A stretch of 53,009 nucleotides of DNA, from positions 1 to 53,009 of the forward strand of contig JAGOGG010000001.1 in NCBI GenBank assembly GCA_017996795.1, given 5' to 3'. Shown here piece after piece: positions 47,728 through 53,009 of the stretch. Position numbers and translations under genes: made by a program. This DNA comes from Sediminibacterium sp. (lineage in GTDB: Bacteria > Bacteroidota > Bacteroidia > Chitinophagales > Chitinophagaceae). How positions within the stretch are numbered: position 1 is the first letter of the stretch; every line of letters starts with the position of its first letter. The notes beneath the pieces were generated by a model. The model was not told where the DNA came from and did no database searches. It saw only the letters and a program-made list of their open reading frames with translations.

Positions 47728-48834
47728 ATGGATGACATTTTATTATTAGACGCAATTGAAAGATACCTCAGTGGAGAAATGAGCCCTGAAGAGCGTACTT
47801 ATTTCGAGAATCTTCGCAATACTACCCCTGAAATTGATCAAATGGTAGTTGAGCACAATATGTTCTTGCATCAAATTGCCGATTACTCTGCTAATATTCA
47901 AATCAAACAAACCTTACATGAAGTTCACCAAAACCTTTTAGAAAGAGGTGACTTAAACGAAGGAGGCGCATTAAGCAATAAAGGAAAAGTGATTCAATTC
48001 TTTAATAAATATAAAAGAGTTACTGCCATTGCTGCTTCTGTGGGTGGTGTAATAGCCCTATTTATTAGCGGATTAGCAATGTACTTCTCTACTGCTGTGA
48101 ATGATCCTAAGCTAGAACAATTGGGTAAAGACTTAGAAGTTGTAAAGAAAAATCAACAATACCAAGGTAATATTATTAATGAAGTAACATCTAAAATACC
48201 GATCAACGCAAGACTATTAAGCGGTGGATCAGGTTTTTTAGTAGACGTAAAAGGATATATTGTTACCAATGCCCATATTCTTAAAGGAACTGGAGCCATT
48301 GTTGTGAATAGCAAAGGAAAGGAGTTCAAATCTTCCATTGTTTTAATTGACCATGTAAAAGATTTGGCCATATTAAAAATCAACGATGAGGAATATGAAT
48401 CTATAAAGTCTATTCCATACACCATACAAAAAAGCAATGCTGATTTAGGAGAAGAAATTTTCACTTTGGGTTATCCTAGAAATGAGATTGTGTATGGCAT
48501 GGGTTATTTAAGTGCAAAATCTGGTTTCAATGGAGATTCACTTTCTTATCAAATACAAATCAGTGCCAACCCAGGAAATTCTGGTGGTCCGGTATTTAAT
48601 AAGAATGGGGAAGTGATTGGTGTATTAAGCACCAAGCAAGCACAAGCAGATGGTGTTGCATTTGCAGTGAAATCTAAGAATATTCATTCTATTATAGATG
48701 ATCTAAAGAAAAGTGATACCGCTTTTCAAAGAGTAAAACTTCCAAGCAAATCATCTCTTAAAGGGATTGATAGAAAAGTTCAAATCAATAAGTTAGAAGA
48801 CTGCGTTTATTTTGTAAAAGCATACGGCAAATAG
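47728..48834 (+). CDS. Membrane-anchored trypsin-like serine protease with anti-sigma-like N-terminal domain
   Basis: IERYLSGEMSPEE..F N-terminus, one TM helix, GSGF, TNAHI, DLAILK, GNSGGP; no PDZ domain. Start set to ATG 47728. Confidence 0.88.
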   Translation: MDDILLLDAIERYLSGEMSPEERTYFENLRNTTPEIDQMVVEHNMFLHQIADYSANIQIKQTLHEVHQNLLERGDLNEGGALSNKGKVIQFFNKYKRVTAIAASVGGVIALFISGLAMYFSTAVNDPKLEQLGKDLEVVKKNQQYQGNIINEVTSKIPINARLLSGGSGFLVDVKGYIVTNAHILKGTGAIVVNSKGKEFKSSIVLIDHVKDLAILKINDEEYESIKSIPYTIQKSNADLGEEIFTLGYPRNEIVYGMGYLSAKSGFNGDSLSYQIQISANPGNSGGPVFNKNGEVIGVLSTKQAQADGVAFAVKSKNIHSIIDDLKKSDTAFQRVKLPSKSSLKGIDRKVQINKLEDCVYFVKAYGK

Positions 48835-48846
48835 AACAAAGATTAT

Positions 48847-48892
48847 AAATAAAAAAGGTCTCAGTTTTTGATAGCTGAGACCTTTTTTATTT
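48847..48892. terminator. Bidirectional intrinsic terminator
   Basis: AAATAAAAAAGGTCTCAG-loop-CTGAGACCTTTTTTATTT perfect 18-bp inverted repeat between convergent genes. Confidence 0.9.
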
Positions 48893-48908
48893 GAGGACTT
48901 TAAACTGT

Positions 48909-49808
48909 TTATTTCCACAAAGAGGATGGATACACTTTGTTTTCTACTAATTGACTAATAGCAGCTTGAACTCCAGGGGCATCTTCTTTATACGTAACTC
49001 CAAACCATTGCGCAGAAGTAGGCAACACTTTTAATACGCCTTTACCTGATTGTATAAATTCATTTGCTGCATATGGAATAAAAAATTCAGACTTTAACTC
49101 TTGCCCTTTTGCAGCTAAAAATTCGGTAAACATATTTTCGCACATATCAATAAAGGCAGGTGAAAAACAGAAATAGTTCATACTTACTAAACTGCTTCCA
49201 GGTAATGGTGTCTTTCCATTGTCGTCTTCAAACACAATCTCCCCTTCTTCACGATAAATTTTGGTTCGCTCATTAATTTCGGTCAAATTATTATTGGCAT
49301 CTGCAGTACATACCCCACGACTCACACTTCCATTCTCGCTCAAGGTTTTTTGCAACTCATATCCTACTAGAGCAAATGTAGCATCATTGCAAATGGTGGT
49401 TAAAAAGTCGAATGCCTTATGAAAAGCGTCACGACCATAGTAATCATCTGCATTAATAACAGCAAAAGGCTCATTTACTTTGCCCTTACAACATAATACA
49501 GCATGAGCGGTACCCCAAGGTTTTGCTCTATCTGCAGGTATTGGATACCCATTGGTATATGCTTCTAAATATTGATACACATAATCAGTAGCTATTTTGC
49601 CAGCCAGTTTGGGCTCAAAAATGCTTTTAAACTGCTCAGCAAATTCTTCACGTATTATAAATACCACTTTTCCAAATCCAGCTTCAATTGCATCATAAAT
49701 GGAGTAATCCATAATGGTTTCTCCATCAGGGCCGAAAGACTGTATTTGTTTCATGCTTCCATAACGGCTAGCCATGCCAGCAGCTAAAATTACAAGAGTA
49801 GGTTTCAT
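48909..49808 (-). CDS. Sugar-phosphate nucleotidyltransferase family protein
   Basis: ILAAGMASRYG..KQ, PWGTAHA, INADDYYG, WFGVTY..D; TAACTTTG -7 box at 49826-49833. Confidence 0.88.
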   Translation of the reverse strand: MKPTLVILAAGMASRYGSMKQIQSFGPDGETIMDYSIYDAIEAGFGKVVFIIREEFAEQFKSIFEPKLAGKIATDYVYQYLEAYTNGYPIPADRAKPWGTAHAVLCCKGKVNEPFAVINADDYYGRDAFHKAFDFLTTICNDATFALVGYELQKTLSENGSVSRGVCTADANNNLTEINERTKIYREEGEIVFEDDNGKTPLPGSSLVSMNYFCFSPAFIDMCENMFTEFLAAKGQELKSEFFIPYAANEFIQSGKGVLKVLPTSAQWFGVTYKEDAPGVQAAISQLVENKVYPSSLWK

Positions 49809-49864
49809 AGTTTAATTTTACAATACAAAGTTAAATCATTTAACATTGCAACAATTGATAATAA

Positions 49865-50746
49865 ATGTTATTCGATACCAATAAAATCATCGTTCAAGAA
49901 CTTCCCAGTTTGGGAAATGAACATACCAAAGTTTCTACACTCAGAACAGACTTAATACATCCAATAGTAAGTGGGAATAAATGGTTTAAATTAAGGTTTT
50001 ACCTAGAGGAAGCAAAACGGCTCAAATGCAATACTGTTGCTAGTTTTGGCGGAGCTTACTCCAATCATATTGTAGCGCTTGCTGCTTCATGTAAATTAAA
50101 TGGCTTGTCTTCAATTGGTTTTATTAGAGGTGAATCATGCAATTCGCCCACTTTAAGGGAAGCAGAAGCCTTGGGAATGAAACTACATTTTATTTCGAGG
50201 GAAGCTTATAAATACAAAGAAGTGGTGATGGGAGAATTTGCCAATAAAGGATGGTTTTGGATTAATGAAGGTGGTTATGGTATCAATGGTGCCCTAGGAG
50301 CTGCTTCCATTTTATTGGTGAAGAACTGTTCCGCTTTTACTCATATTATTTGTGCTGCTGGAACAGGTACTATGCTAGCAGGTCTAGCTCTGGGAGCCAA
50401 TGAAAATCAGTCAGTAGTTGGCATTAGTGTTTTAAAAAATAATTTCGGGCTTAACGAAATGGTAAACGCCCTCCTTCCCCCTGAAAAAATCAATGCATTT
50501 ACAACCATACACGATTATCATTTTGGTGGCTATGCCAAACATCCAACCAAGTTAATTGAATACATGAACCAATTATACAGTAGGGAACAGTTACCCACTG
50601 ATATTGTATACACTTCAAAATTATTTTACGCATCCGAAGATTTAATTCAGCAGCAATATTTTAAACGCCCCGCCAATTTGCTCATTATACATAGCGGAGG
50701 ATTGCAAGGGAATAGAAGTTTAGAACCAGGAAGCTTAATTTTTTAG
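49865..50746 (+). CDS. ACC deaminase / D-cysteine desulfhydrase family PLP enzyme
   Basis: SGNKWFK, FGGAYSNH, EGG, GTGT, FGGYAK, VYTSK, HSGGLQG. Confidence 0.9.
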   Translation: MLFDTNKIIVQELPSLGNEHTKVSTLRTDLIHPIVSGNKWFKLRFYLEEAKRLKCNTVASFGGAYSNHIVALAASCKLNGLSSIGFIRGESCNSPTLREAEALGMKLHFISREAYKYKEVVMGEFANKGWFWINEGGYGINGALGAASILLVKNCSAFTHIICAAGTGTMLAGLALGANENQSVVGISVLKNNFGLNEMVNALLPPEKINAFTTIHDYHFGGYAKHPTKLIEYMNQLYSREQLPTDIVYTSKLFYASEDLIQQQYFKRPANLLIIHSGGLQGNRSLEPGSLIF

Positions 50747-50773
50747 CTCTAATGAAATATATTTGTGAAGCGT

Positions 50774-51295
50774 ATGAAAAGTATATGTTTCTGTATCATT
50801 TGTTTACTCCCATTGTTCAATTCGGCTGTTGCGCAAAAAGCAAAATTAACCCGCACCAACAAAGCTGCTGCGAACCAACGGATTTTTATTAAAAACAAAT
50901 TGTACAAGGAATTATCAGCGAGTGAGTACAAAAAATTCAAGGATTCCATTTTTGCAAATACAAAAGATACACTTACAAGAATTGGTAAAAGAACCCTCCA
51001 GTTTTCTCCGGCAACCAAAACAAGCGAAACCACAACAATTCAAGATATTTGGGTACCATCCAGCTATGTATTTACCAATTCAAAAGGCAACCTAACCATC
51101 CAGTTACCCAATACAAATACTAAGAGATACAGTCTTTTTATCTATGATGGCAAATTGTTATTGCACAATATCACCAATTTGCAAGAAGATTATTGGATCA
51201 TTGAAAAAAGCAATTTCTACCACAGTGGATGGTATAATTTTGAATTGTATTGCAATGGCGAACTGCTTGAAAAAAATAAATTTCTACTTCAATAA
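50774..51295 (+). CDS. Secreted hypothetical protein
   Basis: Signal-peptide-like MKSICFCIICLLPLFNSAVAQ; fills the gap between neighbours. Track start is GTG 50765. Confidence 0.65.
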   Translation: MKSICFCIICLLPLFNSAVAQKAKLTRTNKAAANQRIFIKNKLYKELSASEYKKFKDSIFANTKDTLTRIGKRTLQFSPATKTSETTTIQDIWVPSSYVFTNSKGNLTIQLPNTNTKRYSLFIYDGKLLLHNITNLQEDYWIIEKSNFYHSGWYNFELYCNGELLEKNKFLLQ

Positions 51296-51301
51296 GCCAT
51301 T

Positions 51302-52024
51302 TTATTCGCCGATAAGCTTACAAGGAAAAATAGCTTCGAAATGTTTCTTTACTCTATACTTTACTTCTTCAAAATCAACTACTCGTCCTAGTTCTTGTGC
51401 CAAAGAAGTCACTTTTTTATTTTGAATACCACATGGAACAATATGATCAAAATATGAGAGGTCGGTATTAATATTAAATGCAAATCCATGCATGGTAATC
51501 CATCTACTACATTTTATACCCATTGCACAGATCTTTCTTTCTTTACCTTTTATATGCGCATCTAACCATACACCGGTTTCCCCTGCACTTCTCTCCCCTT
51601 TTAAACCATAATCTGCCATGGTTTTAATGATTACCTCTTCCAATGATCTTAAGTACCAACCCAAATCGGTTTTAAATCTTTCTAAATCTAAAATTGGATA
51701 TCCTACCAACTGCCCCGGTCCATGAAAAGTGATGTCTCCCCCCCTATTGATATGAAAATATTCAATCCCTTTTTTAACTCTATCTGCTTCACTAATTAAT
51801 ACATGCTCTTCTTTCCCGTTTTTACCTAAAGTATACACTGGAGGGTGTTCTACAAATAATAAGTGATGTAATGTGGGTATGGTTTCTGGGGCATTTTGTT
51901 GTTGATTGCCAAACTTAAAAGCCATTTTAATATCGGCGTTTGATTTCAATAAAGCTTCTTGTTGATCCCAAACTTCTTTGTAACTGCTTATACCTAAATC
52001 CTTGAAAATGACTTCCTGCTCCAT
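51302..52024 (-). CDS. lipB: Lipoyl(octanoyl) transferase
   Basis: EHPPVYTLG, RGGDITFHGPGQ, KICAMG, HGFAFN, IVPCG. Confidence 0.96.
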   Translation of the reverse strand: MEQEVIFKDLGISSYKEVWDQQEALLKSNADIKMAFKFGNQQQNAPETIPTLHHLLFVEHPPVYTLGKNGKEEHVLISEADRVKKGIEYFHINRGGDITFHGPGQLVGYPILDLERFKTDLGWYLRSLEEVIIKTMADYGLKGERSAGETGVWLDAHIKGKERKICAMGIKCSRWITMHGFAFNINTDLSYFDHIVPCGIQNKKVTSLAQELGRVVDFEEVKYRVKKHFEAIFPCKLIGE

Positions 52025-52028
52025 ACCA

Positions 52029-52048
52029 CAAAAATAAAGTTAATTTTG
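52029..52048. promoter_or_regulatory. Back-to-back -7 promoter elements for lipB and rluD
   Basis: TATTTTTG (minus, 52036-52029) and TAATTTTG (plus, 52041-52048), each 4 nt before an ATG. Confidence 0.7.
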
Positions 52049-52052
52049 CCGC

Positions 52053-53009
52053 ATGCAGATAGATACCGAATTAATTTCAGAAGAGCAGTCTGATGCCTTA
52101 TACGAACGCAAGATTTTTACAGTAGACAAAGGCCAAGAACCCTTCCGAATAGACAAATGGGTTCAAATGCATATGGAAGGCGCTACCAGAAATAAAGTTC
52201 AACAAGGTATTGAAGCTGGATTTCTAACGGTGAATGGCAAAACCGTAAAGAGTAATTACAAGATAAAACCAGGGGATGAAATCATTCTAATGAGTTTAAT
52301 CAACCCTGAACATACCATTTTAAAAGAGGAACCCATTCCTTTGAATATTGTTTATGAAGATGATTTTCTAATGGTGATAAACAAGCCACCCAATATGGTG
52401 GTTCATCCGGGAGTAGGCAACTTTAGTGGTACATTGTTAAATGGGGTGGCATACTATTTAAGACAACAAAACCCACAATTAAACGAAGAGAGTTTACCTC
52501 GATTTGGCTTGGTACATAGGATTGATAAAAATACAACCGGATTAATTGTGTTAGCCAAAACAGGAGAAGCTGCCGCGCATTTAGCTAAACAGTTTTTTAA
52601 TCATACCGTAAATCGAAGATATATAGCTTTGGTTTGGGGGAATATTCAAGAAGAAGATGGTACTATAAATGCACATATTGCACGCCATAAACAGCATAGA
52701 AAAATGTTTGATGCATACCCGGAGGGCGATACAGGAAAACATGCAATAACGCATTATAAAGTGCTTGAAAGATTCAATTATGTAACCCTGGTAGAATGCA
52801 AGTTAGAAACTGGTCGCACGCACCAAATTAGGGTGCATATGAAGCATATAGGTCATACCTTATTTAATGATGCCGAATATGGTGGTGATAAAATATTAAA
52901 AGGCACTATATACTCAAAGTACAAGCAATTTGTAGACAATTGTTTTGAAGCTTGCCCAAGATGTGCGCTGCATGCAAAAACACTCGGGTTTATTCATCCA
53001 CATACTGGC
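52053..53009 (+). CDS. rluD: RluA/RluD family 23S rRNA pseudouridine synthase (truncated by window end)
   Basis: Manual translation MQIDTELISEEQSDALYERKIFTVDKGQEPFRIDKW..., S4-like N-terminus, INKPPNMVVHP, LVHRIDKNTTG, LETGRTHQIRVH, ALHA. Confidence 0.9.
   Translation, partial: MQIDTELISEEQSDALYERKIFTVDKGQEPFRIDKWVQMHMEGATRNKVQQGIEAGFLTVNGKTVKSNYKIKPGDEIILMSLINPEHTILKEEPIPLNIVYEDDFLMVINKPPNMVVHPGVGNFSGTLLNGVAYYLRQQNPQLNEESLPRFGLVHRIDKNTTGLIVLAKTGEAAAHLAKQFFNHTVNRRYIALVWGNIQEEDGTINAHIARHKQHRKMFDAYPEGDTGKHAITHYKVLERFNYVTLVECKLETGRTHQIRVHMKHIGHTLFNDAEYGGDKILKGTIYSKYKQFVDNCFEACPRCALHAKTLGFIHPHTG

Noticed and set aside
49865-50746. True ACC deaminase (acdS) call
   Set aside because: Only family-level motifs are visible; substrate cannot be assigned by eye.
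234-51425. Remaining short (60-103 aa) ORFs in the track overlapping long genes
   Set aside because: Antisense or alternate-frame to well-supported genes, with no recognisable motifs.

Overview
AT-rich bacterial chromosomal window, most consistent with Bacteroidota (Chitinophagaceae-like): repeated TAnnTTTG -7 promoter boxes, little Shine-Dalgarno signal and a typical gene complement. Housekeeping blocks are ispE (3' end), gltBD, an acyltransferase, priA, murB, miaA, a CCA-family enzyme, a GT9, dapD, an aromatic amino acid operon (pheA, aminotransferase, tyrA, DEAD helicase, DAHP synthase/chorismate mutase, aroB, aroA, aroC), lipB and rluD (5' part). The most unusual part is a ~12 kb signalling island (16420-28620) with no evident membrane sensor. 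It has one intact hybrid kinase (PAS-HisKA-HATPase-REC-HPt), an NtrC-type sigma54 activator, a NarL-type regulator, a single-domain receiver, three paralogous PAS-DHp-REC proteins with no ATP-binding domain (one also lacks the canonical phospho-His) and two degenerate GT4 glycosyltransferases. Candidate cis sites for both transcription factors are readable in the intergenic DNA. Elements missing from the ORF track include a Trp/Phe/Tyr-rich leader-peptide attenuator before pheA, a 59-aa Asp-Thr-repeat lipoprotein, and a mirrored pair of ECF-type promoters next to an ECF sigma / membrane serine-protease gene pair. No rRNA, tRNA, CRISPR array or intact mobile element was seen. All family calls come from motif recognition by eye; no database searches were run.
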